64,000 bases of DNA from Octopus vulgaris. Its lineage: Eukaryota. A model generated the notes under the pieces. That model worked only from the letters and a program-made list of their open reading frames with translations, had not been told where the DNA came from and made no database searches. Location of the stretch: contig OX597815.1 in the NCBI GenBank assembly GCA_951406725.2, forward strand, positions 29,140,001 to 29,204,000, written 5' to 3'. Made by a program: the position numbers and the translations under genes. Numbering within the stretch: the first letter of the stretch is position 1; each line of letters begins with the position of its first letter. Below, in pieces: positions 27,500 through 37,297 of this stretch.

Positions 27500-28507
27500 C
27501 CTTAAAAGAACAAAAATATTCTTACTTATCCTTCTGATGTCCGATTTAGTTGGACAAATTAGTCTAAAAGTAAGATTAATATTAAAATCTAATTTGTGGT
27601 CTTTCAGATTAAAATGTGGTGTATTTGGAGTATATATTTCCGTGCGGTCTTCAACGTCTAATTTACGCATAATTATAGAATGTTCTTTATTTATCATTTC
27701 TAAACTTGATGGATTAGTAATTTTATAAGATTTGCATAATTCTTTATGCATAAATTCTTGATATTGAGCAGGAGTAATAGAATATATTACGGAGATGTAC
27801 TTGCATAGCGAGTGACTTGATCTGAGATCGGGTGCTGGAACGAAAACAATTGCAGCGTGGAAGGTGTTTATAAGCCATTTAAGAAACACACAAAAACCGT
27901 TAGATTCACTTCAACATTTAAATTTGATTTGTCAAAATATTTTTGTCGCTTTGAGACCGCGACCTGTTCAATGACAAAACTTCGTGCAGCACAAAGTTTT
28001 GTCAGTGAACAGGTCAGGGTCTCAAAGCAACGAAAATATTTTGACAAATAAAATTTAAATGTTGAAGTAAATCTAACGGTTTTTGTGTGTTTCTTAAATG
28101 GCTTATAAACACCTTCCACACTGCAATTGTTTGTTTGTTAATAGAATATAGATTTCCTGTTTTATCAGAGAAAACGTGTATATAAGGTGATTTTATAATA
28201 TTGTTGACTATCTTGGTAAGATTCTTATGGTATTCAGAATAAAATGGAGAGAATTTTATGGATTTTATCATATCTAATATTGCATTTTCGAAGTCCATTA
28301 ATAGCGGATTATGTGGAGGGTTTTTATATGATTTCAGTCCACAAGTATTATTCCTTTGGTCATTTATCATTCCTTTGTTGTCATAAAAGAATGCTTTCCA
28401 TCTCATCCGTTTAAGTCATTTGTTTTCTGAAGTAATGCTAATAAATATGTGTCTTTGGAAGGAATTGGTATATCTTTAAGTGAAATTCCTAGATATTGTT
28501 TTTCCAT
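27500..28507 (-). mobile_element. Penelope-like element (Naiad type) ORF, N-terminal part, disrupted and truncated
   Basis: ATG at 28507: MEKQYLGISLKDIPIPSK..., RMRWKAFFY, FSDKTGNLY, LKDHK.DF...FRLICPTKSDIRRISKNI; these motifs resemble Naiad/Chlamys PLE ORFs upstream of the RT core; frameshifts near 28410-28440; interrupted by the 27787-28138 insertion. Confidence 0.8.
27787..28138. mobile_element. Fold-back palindromic insertion with a 12-bp target-site duplication
   Basis: Arms about 27844-27985 and 27990-28132; TAATAGAATATA at 27775-27786 and 28139-28150; removing it restores the PLE frame GNLYSITPAQY. Confidence 0.88.
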
Positions 28508-28557
28508 GCTTCACAAATTCAGTATTGAGTGCTCTTTATATATAGAGAGCAAAGTGC

Positions 28558-28676
28558 ATAAATCTTTAGATAAATATATTCAATGAGAATATTATATACT
28601 GAATTTACATTGAGTGCTCTATCGTATCAAAGTATTAATACTATTAAAATATCTATATATTTAATACAATCGATAT
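28558..28676 (-). repeat. Left arm of a 119-bp inverted repeat (PLE upstream/pLTR sequence)
   Basis: Ungapped reverse complement of 32164-32282, 12 mismatches by hand count. Confidence 0.9.
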
Positions 28677-28796
28677 ATATATATATTTTTTTTTTAATAA
28701 TATATTATTATTAATATAAGGAAATTAAAATCAAAACTCCTCAGAAAGATATACCCATGTGAAAATAGTTGTTGTATTAAAAATATATAAATATTA

Positions 28797-29200
28797 TCAT
28801 CATCATTTAGCGTCCGCTTTCCATGCTAGCATGGGTTGGATGGTTCAGCTGGGGTCTGTGAAGCCAGAAGGCTGCATCAGGCCCAGTCTGATCTAGCAGT
28901 GTTTCTACGGCTGGATGCCCTTCCTAACGCCAACCACTCCATGAGTGTAGTGGGTGCTTTTTACGTGCCACCCGCACAGGTGCCAGACGGAGCTGGCAAA
29001 CGGCCACGAACGGATGGTGCTTTTACGTGCCACCGGCACGGGGGCCAGGCGAGGCTGGCAACGGTCACGAACGGATGGTGCTTTTTACGTGCCACCGGCA
29101 CAAGGCCAGTCGGGGCGGCGCTGGCAACGGTCACGAACGGATGGTTCTCTTACGTGCCACCGGCACTGGTAACTCAGCTGCAATTTCCATAGATCAATTT
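28797..29200 (-). mobile_element. (GAT)n-tailed retroposon family E with internal ~50-60-bp tandem units
   Basis: Repeated ggtgctttttacgtgccaccggcac core; copies at about 22655-22990, 37540-37850, 38221-38680, 48885-49185, 52372-52540, 63545-63870. Confidence 0.75.
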
Positions 29201-29328
29201 CGATTCTGATCCTCTATCTTATATATAAATATAAATATATATATAAAAATATATGTAAATATGTATAAGTATAAATATAATGTATAAATATATATGATAG
29301 TTTAAAAGTTTTGAATTAATAATTTAAA

Positions 29329-29422
29329 GCATCTTACGATCGTTTCACAGAAGAGTTGTCCCTATAATGAAATCCTATATTGATAAACATTTATAGACAA
29401 TGCTTCTGCTCTTCAGAGATAC
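29329..29422 (-). ncRNA. Type I hammerhead ribozyme motif upstream of the PLE ORF
   Basis: GUAUCU-CUGAAGA-GCAGAAG(long arm)CUUCUGU-GAAA-CGAUCG-UA-AGAUGC: stems I and II pair, palindromic stem III, GUA triplet. Confidence 0.8.
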
Positions 29423-29873
29423 AAAATATGATGAGTTTGGATATTAATTTCTTTATGATTAGTTTGGATATTAATTTCCTTATATTAATAATAATAATAT
29501 ATTATTAAAAAATATATGTATTGGCACACAAAAATATTTTACTTCAGCTCCATCAACAATATTTATCTTTTCAAGACTAAAGGATGATGTTTCAGAGAAC
29601 AGATATAACCCTACTTACATAAATCCATGATGGAATTTATTGGGAAATGAAATATTTCCTGTGAACTGGGAATAATAGCAAAACTTTTCTGCTTCATTGA
29701 TTGGAATAAATTAAGGCAAATTTACAAAAGAGTTTACAACAACTCCAGATATTGACAAAAGTAACCAGTGATGGAAATAAAACAGTAGAAATATTTTGTG
29801 GAGACAAATTTAAAAAGCTAAAACTAGAAAAAATTATCTGTATTTTAGGGAAAGAGAAGCAATATTAAGAAAA

Positions 29874-31838
29874 ATGAGTTGTGAGGGGACAGTTGCAAAA
29901 GATCTGAAATATATTGATTATTCTGATGAGATGTTGAAAGAGACAGATAAAACATTGTATCAATGTAATACCTCTCAAAAAGGTAGCCTAATCACTCACA
30001 AATGTATTCATACTGAAGAGAAACCATATCATTGTGATATCTGTGGGAAATCATTTTCAGGAGAGAAACCATACCATTGTGATATTTGTAGCAAATCATT
30101 CTCCCAGATTGGTAATTTAACTACTCACAAACGTATTCATACAGGAGAGAAACCATATCACTGTGACATCTGTGGTGACGCATTCTCTCAAAAATGTCAT
30201 TTGTCCAAACACAAACGCATTCATACAGGAGAGAAACCTTATCACTGTGACATCTGTGGTAAATCATTCTCTGACAATAGTGTGTTAACAAGACACATAC
30301 GTACTCATACAGGAGAGAAACCATATCGGTGTGATATCTGTGGGAAATCATTTTCTCAAAAATGTCATTTGTCCAGACACCAATGTATTCATACAGGGGA
30401 GAAGCCATATCCCTGTGAAATCTGTGGTAAATCATTCTCTGAAAATAGTTTGTTAATAAAACACACACGTATTCATACAGGAGAGAAACCATATCGGCGT
30501 GATATATGTGGAAAATGTCTCTCGATAACTGGTAATTTATCTAAACACAAGCATGTTCATACTGGTGAGAGGCCATATCTTTGTGATATCTGTGGTGACT
30601 CATTCTCTCAAACATGTCACTTAACTAAACACAAACTTGTTCACACAAGTGAAAAGCCATATCTTTGTGATACCTGTGGTCAACCATTCTCCCAAAGTAG
30701 TGAGTTGTCTAGACACAAACACATTCACATTGGGGAGAAACCGCATCACTGTGATATTTGTGGCAAATCATTTTCTGCAAACAGTTACTTGGCTATTCAC
30801 AACCGTACGCATACTGGGGAGAAGCCATATTGCTGTGATATCTGTGGGAAATCATTCTCTAATGGTAGTATCTTAACAAAACACAAATGCGTTCATACAG
30901 GTGAGAGGCCATATCACTGTGATATCTGTGGTAAATCATTCTCTTCAAATGCTAAATTAACTACTCACAAATTAATTCATACGGGAGAGAAACTATATTC
31001 TTGTGATATTTGTGGTAAATCATTCACTTCAAAGAGTAAAGTAACAGTACACAAACGAATCCATACCGGGGAGAAGCCATATTGCTGTGATATCTGTGGC
31101 AAATCCTTCTCTCAGAGTGGTGACTTAACTTCTCACAAAAGCGTCCATCCAGGAAAGAAACCTTATCCCTGTGATATTTGTGGTAAATCATACTTTCAAA
31201 ATTGTCAATTAACTGTACACAAACGTACTCATACAGGAGAGAAGCCATATCACTGTGATATCTGTGGTAAATCCTTCTCTAGAAATACTTCCTTGACTGA
31301 TCACAAACGTATTCATACAGGAGAGAAGCCATATCACAGTGATATATGTGGTAAATCATTCTCTCAAAAAAGTCACTTAAGAAGTCACAAACGTATTCAT
31401 ACAGGGGAGAAGCCATATCATTGTGACGTCTGTGATAAATCATTCTCTCAGAGCAGTAACTTAACTATTCACAAACGTATTCATACAGGAGAGAAACCCT
31501 ATCAGTGTGGCATCTGTGGTGAATCATTCCCAAGAAATTATTATTTAACGAGGCACATAAACATTCATACAGGAGAGAAACCGTATCACTGTGATGTCTG
31601 TGATAAATCATTTTCTCAAAGTGGTGACTTAACTGCTCATAAACGTATTCACACTGGTGAGAAGCCATATCACTGTAATATTTGTGGTAAATCATTTTCT
31701 CAAAAACATGGCTTATCTTATCACAAACGTACACATAGGCGCAGGAGTGGCTGTGTGGTAAGTAGCTTGCTTACCAACCACATGGTTCCGGGTTCAGTCC
31801 CACTGCGTGGCACCTTGGACAAATGTCTTCTACTATAG
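29874..31838 (+). CDS. Intronless tandem C2H2 zinc-finger protein (654 aa), nested antisense in RNASEH2A intron 5
   Basis: 18 intact C-x2-C-x12-H-x3-H fingers with TGEKP-type linkers, 2 fingers lacking the first Cys, 2 N-terminal fingers truncated by in-frame deletion; no effector domain seen; last 33 aa read from a SINE. Confidence 0.9.
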   Translation: MSCEGTVAKDLKYIDYSDEMLKETDKTLYQCNTSQKGSLITHKCIHTEEKPYHCDICGKSFSGEKPYHCDICSKSFSQIGNLTTHKRIHTGEKPYHCDICGDAFSQKCHLSKHKRIHTGEKPYHCDICGKSFSDNSVLTRHIRTHTGEKPYRCDICGKSFSQKCHLSRHQCIHTGEKPYPCEICGKSFSENSLLIKHTRIHTGEKPYRRDICGKCLSITGNLSKHKHVHTGERPYLCDICGDSFSQTCHLTKHKLVHTSEKPYLCDTCGQPFSQSSELSRHKHIHIGEKPHHCDICGKSFSANSYLAIHNRTHTGEKPYCCDICGKSFSNGSILTKHKCVHTGERPYHCDICGKSFSSNAKLTTHKLIHTGEKLYSCDICGKSFTSKSKVTVHKRIHTGEKPYCCDICGKSFSQSGDLTSHKSVHPGKKPYPCDICGKSYFQNCQLTVHKRTHTGEKPYHCDICGKSFSRNTSLTDHKRIHTGEKPYHSDICGKSFSQKSHLRSHKRIHTGEKPYHCDVCDKSFSQSSNLTIHKRIHTGEKPYQCGICGESFPRNYYLTRHINIHTGEKPYHCDVCDKSFSQSGDLTAHKRIHTGEKPYHCNICGKSFSQKHGLSYHKRTHRRRSGCVVSSLLTNHMVPGSVPLRGTLDKCLLL

Positions 31839-32155
31839 CCTCGGGCCAACCAAAGCCTTGTGAGTGGATTTGGTAGACGGAAACTGAAAGAAGCCTGTCG
31901 TATATATGTATATATATATATATGCATGTGTGTGTTTGTGTATCTGTGTTTGTCCCCCTAGCATTGCTTGACAACCGATGCTGGTGTGTTTATGTTCCCG
32001 TTACTTAGCGGTTCGGCAAAAGAGACCGATAGAATAGGTACTGGGCTTACAAAAAGAATAAGTCCCGGGGTCGAGTTGCTCGATTAAAGGCGGTGCTCCA
32101 GCATGGCCGCAGTCAAATGAGTGAAACAAGTAAAAGAGTAAAAGAGTAAAGAGTA
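31738..32155 (+). mobile_element. SINE family A, fused to the zinc-finger ORF
   Basis: Full head-to-tail match to 12070-12520. Confidence 0.9.
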
Positions 32156-32163
32156 TGTATATA

Positions 32164-32276
32164 ATATCGCTCGTATTAAATATATAAATACTTTAAGAGT
32201 ATTAATATTTTGATACAATTGAGCACTCAATATAAATTCAGTACATAATATTCTTATTGAATATATTTAACTAAAG

Positions 32277-32282
<6 letters not shown>
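32164..32282 (+). repeat. Right arm of the 119-bp inverted repeat, ending in a (TA)n tract
   Basis: Reverse complement of 28558-28676; followed directly by (TA)n to 32307. Confidence 0.9.
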
Positions 32283-32307
<25 letters not shown>

Positions 32308-32311
<4 letters not shown>

Positions 32312-33534
32312 GGTTGGACAAAATAATGGAAACACCTTAAAATTTCAAAGAAATTCATTTTAATATGGTTTAGGACCAACTTTGGCAGTAATTACAGCTT
32401 GAATTCTACAAGGTATGGACTCGTACAAAGTTTTAATTGTTTCCAAAGGAATTTTTGTCCATTCTTCAGTTAAAACAGTCTCCAGTTCTTGTAGTGATGA
32501 TGGTGGAGGATATCAACTTCTTACTTGTTTTTCTAAAATGCACCATAAATGTTCAATAATATTGAGATCTGGTGACTGTGGTGGCCAGATAAGATGTTCA
32601 ACTTCACTAGAATGTTCCTCGTGCCATTCAGTAACAATTTTAGCTGTATGAATTGGTGCATTACCATCCTGAAAGATTGTGTTTCCCTCTGGAAACAGTC
32701 CTGCAACCATAGGATGAATTTGATCAGTTAAAATGTTTAAATAGTCTTGACAATTAATTCTGCCATGAAGGGAAACCATTGGGCTGGCAGATTTCCAAGA
32801 TATCGTCCCCAAGATCATCACAGATCCTCCTCCATGTTTAACAGTTGGAAGAAAGCAGTCTGGATCAAATATGCATATACTTGGCCAGTGGTCAGAAATA
32901 AGGTAAAGGATGACTCAGCCCAGAAAATAACATTCTGTAGGTTTTTACTCAACTCTAAACACTTTGCAACGTTTGTTTTTGAAAGTAGTGGTTTTCTGAT
33001 TGCAGCTCTCCCATGAAATCCAGCTTTGTGCAGCTCCCAGTGAACAGTTTTTGTGGAAACTGGGTTGTCAAGGTGGTCATTAAGCTCTACAGTAATTTTG
33101 GAAGCTGTACTTTTGTGATCCTTTCTAACAATTTGCGTAAGAGTCCAACAGTTCTTATCTGAAAGTTTTGGTCTTCTTCCAGAGTTTTGTTTCAACAAGG
33201 AGGTTTTTCCCTCTTTCTCAAAGGCTGTCATTACTTTCGAAACAGTACTTCTTGATAAACCAAACATTTCGGCTGTTTTCGTTATGCTAGCACATGCCAT
33301 ACGAGCACCAACAATTTGACCTCTTTGAAAGTCCAACAGATCTGTCATTTTGATGAATTTTAATTACCTTTTTCCGATATCTGAAAAGAAACAGCAATTT
33401 TAGCAAAACATATTAAGCAACACTAATAATAAATCAAAAAACATAAAAATAAACAAGCTTTTGATTGTTTTATAGGTATTTCAAAATTATGATGCTATGA
33501 CGCTAGGTGTTTCCCTTATTTTGTCCAACCCTTG
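32308..33534 (-). mobile_element. Tc1-family transposon, defective
   Basis: TIRs cagaggttggacaaaataatggaaacacct / aggtgtttcccttattttgtccaacccttg; FQRGQIVGAR HTH, FQDGNAPIH and WPPQSPDLNIIEHLW motifs; frameshifted. Confidence 0.92.
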
Positions 33535-33653
33535 TGTGTGTGTACATGTAAATATGAATAGAAATGGCTTTTCTGATGATAGAGATGTTGCAGAAATGAT
33601 GATGGCAATAATGATGACGATGTTGACAATAACAAAACCTAAAAAATACTTAC

Positions 33654-33791
33654 CTTAGCAAATATACTGGCACCACTAACTATTGAATATGTGGAATCAG
33701 CTTTCTTTGCAACAGTAATGTCTATACCAGGGAACTGTTTCTCTAGCTTCTGCTGGTACTTGGTGGCATCACCAACGGTGTCAACATAAAT
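33654..33791 (-). CDS. RNASEH2A: RNase H2 subunit A, exon 5 (138 bp)
   Basis: ttaag|ATTTAT...GCTAAG|gtaag; [46 protein letters not shown]; VDTVG and KAD catalytic motifs. Confidence 0.96.
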
Positions 33792-34559
33792 CTTAAAGTA
33801 CACAATATCAATAATAGTGTTAGTGTTTTGGAGAAATGGTTTAGGAAAACACATTGGTTTATATATATAACACTGCAACAATTTTTTTTTTTTTCTTTTT
33901 TTGCCTTTGATCAGTAAGTGTTATTTCCAAAATCAAAGGAAATGACAGCTATTCCCTTCGAACTTTGCTTTTGAAACCTTGACATCAATGTTTGAAACTG
34001 ATCTATTTTCCATTACATTTCAGACAGATTCAGCGCTGAGTTGCTGAAACAGAAATATCATTATAGCAAATATTCTGCTCAATTCTGAGTTCAAATTCCA
34101 CCAAGGTTGACTTTGCCTTTCATCCTTTAGGGCTCGATAAATTAAGCACCAGTTGCATACTGGAGTCGATCTAATTAATTGGCCCCCTTCCCAAAAATTT
34201 CGAGCCTTGTGCCTAGAATAGAAAAGAATATTCTGCTCAATACCAGATTTACTTTTCAGTTGCTTGACCTTAACAATGAGCATGTCCCTTAGTGGCTGAC
34301 AATATGTGCATCTCTGATAATGAGCAGGAGTCGTAGGGTAGCATCATGGCCATGTGTTGAGAGGGATTCTTTAGGATTTGAATAAACGTAACTAAAACAA
34401 AGTTTAAAGAAAATATTAGCCATTTTTCATACTTTCTCAGGGTAAGTAAATAGGAAATAACAGTTGCTACCCGAGGACAAAAATCGTGTTATACAGTGTA
34501 ATTAAATGGCAATTTTATTGGTATACATGACAGTTTCTTGCTCACAACATCATAAGCGG

Positions 34560-34873
34560 AAAGTGTAACCTCTCGAAAGAGTTGTCCTTCACTCCTGCTC
34601 CAGAACGTCGTCTGCGGGATCACTCCGAAAAGCTCTATCTGCAACGATTTCATCTCAATCGAAGGAGAGGGGCTTTCTCCGTCCGGATTGCGGATCCATG
34701 GAATAAGCTGCCGGACGAGATAGTGAAGATGCCGACGACCGCTCAGTTCAAAGTCTCCCTTGACCACAAATGGCCTGAACTCTTTGCATGAAAACCACCC
34801 TGTACATGACTCCATGTCCCCCTACATGGCCTTGCTTTTTGCTTTTTGAGCCAAAAAATTAACTTAACTTAAC
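34560..34873 (+). mobile_element. CR1-group LINE 3' fragment
   Basis: RLRDHSEKL…FSVRIADPWNKLPDEIV; (AACTT)n tail. Confidence 0.75.
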
Positions 34874-36540
34874 ATATGTATGTGTTTATTTTTACAGAAA
34901 TATATAGGTGTAGAGTCGTGCAAATCTATTCCTGTTCAAGATATAAAGCTCTCAACTGTTATCTATCACCCATCTCTACATTCCTCTTTATGTACCATTC
35001 ACTCGAAAAAGTGAACACTGAGCATATGTAAACTCCACTCTTCTCAACACTCACCTCTCTCATCTTAATATCTGTTTTTTTACAACCCACAAGGGGCTAA
35101 ACACAGAGAGGACAAACAAGGATAGACAAACGGATCAAGTTAATTATATCGACCCCAGTGTGTAACTGGTACTTATTTAATCGACCCCGAAAGGATGAAA
35201 AGCAAAATCAACCTCAGCGGAATTTGAACTCAGAACGTAGCAGTAGACGAAATAACGCTAGCAACAAAGAAGACCCAGCTACTCTGGATCAAAGTTTCCC
35301 TTTCCCTCCCATCTAAACAAATCTGCTTCCTCAACTGCACCCAAAACTCCTCCAACCACCAACAGGTCATCAACAATATTGCTTTCTCACCTCTCTTTTG
35401 AAATTATTGTTCTCAGGGACTTCAATATTCACTTTTCTTGGCTCTCGTATTCGTCCTATATCGATGCTACCTATGCAGAAACAAAATCTTCTGCAACCTT
35501 CAATACTTACATGATGGGCTTCCACACAGTTTCCATCAACCAGATTTACTCACAAGGCATTGGTCAACCTGGGGTTATAGTAGAAGACACTTGCCTAAGG
35601 TGCTGCACAGTGGGACTGAACCTGAAACCATGTGGTTGCAAAACAAGCTTCTTAACTACACAGCTATGCCTATATAGAAACAAACTGACCAATACAGATA
35701 CTCCACGTATCCTTGACTTTTTCTTCTCACCCCCACCACACACTCACATACAAAACCTTTTCCACTTTCTAAGCCCGGCAACATTTATTTGGAGCCCTGC
35801 CACTTCTATGCAATCTATTTTCTACAGTACATTTACTTCAACACTGACCCCCATCAAAAACAGCCTAAAGTCCCAAAACTGGTTCAGTCATATCTATGCT
35901 GTGTAAAAGAATACAAGCTACAATATTTAGGGAGAAAAATTACCCACAATTATAAACTAACCAGTTCTAATCCAACACTTCAATTCCTGGAAGACCATGG
36001 TCCAAACCACAAACAGTGTCTCATTGTATCACACAATCTCCAAGGTGTTTCCTCCTCAAAATGCAGCTGATCCTTTCATCACTTCCCAAAAGGAAGTTTT
36101 TATGCAACACCAGCACAAGTGCATTTACATGGTACAAGAAATGCACCTGTACCAATGCTGCATAAACGCACTCAGTACACTCTGTAAAGTGGTTGGCAAA
36201 TAATACAAAGCTTTCCTTTCATAAGTGCCAAGTTCCTCTAGTGGTTGATACATGGAAGCCATGGAAATATGTTCTGTGTACCATGTGGTAAAGAAGACAA
36301 GCATGGATATCACGTGATACACAGGACAGGCAAAAGGTTAACACACAACTTCAGAAAGAATTTACAAATTGGTCATCTCAAAGAAGACAACACATAACAC
36401 CCCTACGAAGTAAATAAAAGATTAAATTGTGAGATACATGGATGGATGGAAATAAAGACAATTAATAATAGATTAGTAAGGCAATCAATATAATCAATAG
36501 TTTGGTCCACATAAGAATTGTAGTAAATAGAACAACCTAC

Positions 36541-36628
36541 TTCGGTAACATTGACTCCAAGTGCCAAAACCTTTGTAATTAATCCAATGGCACTGTCATG
36601 GGAGAGAGCATTGAGGTTGTACTTCGTT
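36541..36628 (-). CDS. RNASEH2A: RNase H2 subunit A, exon 4 (88 bp)
   Basis: tacag|AACG...CCGAA|gtagg; (R)TKYNLNALSHDSAIGLITKVLALGVNVTE; KYNLN.LSHD motif. Confidence 0.95.
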
Positions 36629-36904
36629 CTGTAATAAGGAAAAAATTACAATAAACATGAGAGAATGTAATTTATGTGTGTGCATAGATGGGTAGTTAGG
36701 GTAAATGCCAGCTGTTTCTTCTTGAAGCACATCTGCTTATTTCATTACTACAATCCAATATGTAGTCTCAGTTGCTGTTGTATGTTACCTTGAAAGACAT
36801 ATTAAAATTGAGAATTATAGAAATATTATTTGCAGAGTTACTGAATAACAAAACAGGAAATTGGAAATTTTTTGGTATTATCTATTCACCATTATTACAT
36901 TATA

Positions 36905-37297
36905 GGTGCAGGAGTGGCTGTGTGGTAAGTAGCTTGCTTACCAACCACATGGTTCTGAGTTCAGTTCCACTGCGTGGCACATTGGGCAAGTGTCTTCTTC
37001 TATAGCCTCGGGCCGACCAAAGCCTTGTGAGTGGATCTGAAAGAAGCCCATCGTATATATGTATGTGTGTATATATGTTTGTGTGTCTGTGTTTGTCCCC
37101 CCAACATCACTTGACAACCAATGCTGGTGTGTTTACGTCTCCGTCACTTAGCAGTTCGGCAAAAGAGACCAATAGAATAAGTACTAGGCTTACAAAGCGT
37201 AAGTCCTGGGGTTGATTTGCTCGACTAAAGGCGGTGCTCCGGCATGGCCGCAGTCAAATGACTGAAACAAGTAAAAGAGTAAAGAGAGTAAAAGAGT
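36905..37297 (+). mobile_element. SINE family A
   Basis: Matches other copies. Confidence 0.85.

Noticed and set aside
27857-28119. Mirror-image ORFs MEGVYKPFKKH on both strands
   Set aside because: A consequence of the palindrome; no coding evidence.
28950-29170. CRISPR-like repeat-spacer appearance of family E arrays
   Set aside because: Eukaryotic context, spacers are related to each other, no cas genes; it is an internal tandem repeat of a retroposon.
30121-31734. Antisense and alternate-frame ORFs over the zinc-finger gene
   Set aside because: Shadows of the 84-bp finger periodicity.
35380-35500. LINE endonuclease-like fragment (EIIVLRDFNIH)
   Set aside because: Too short and degenerate to assign a family.
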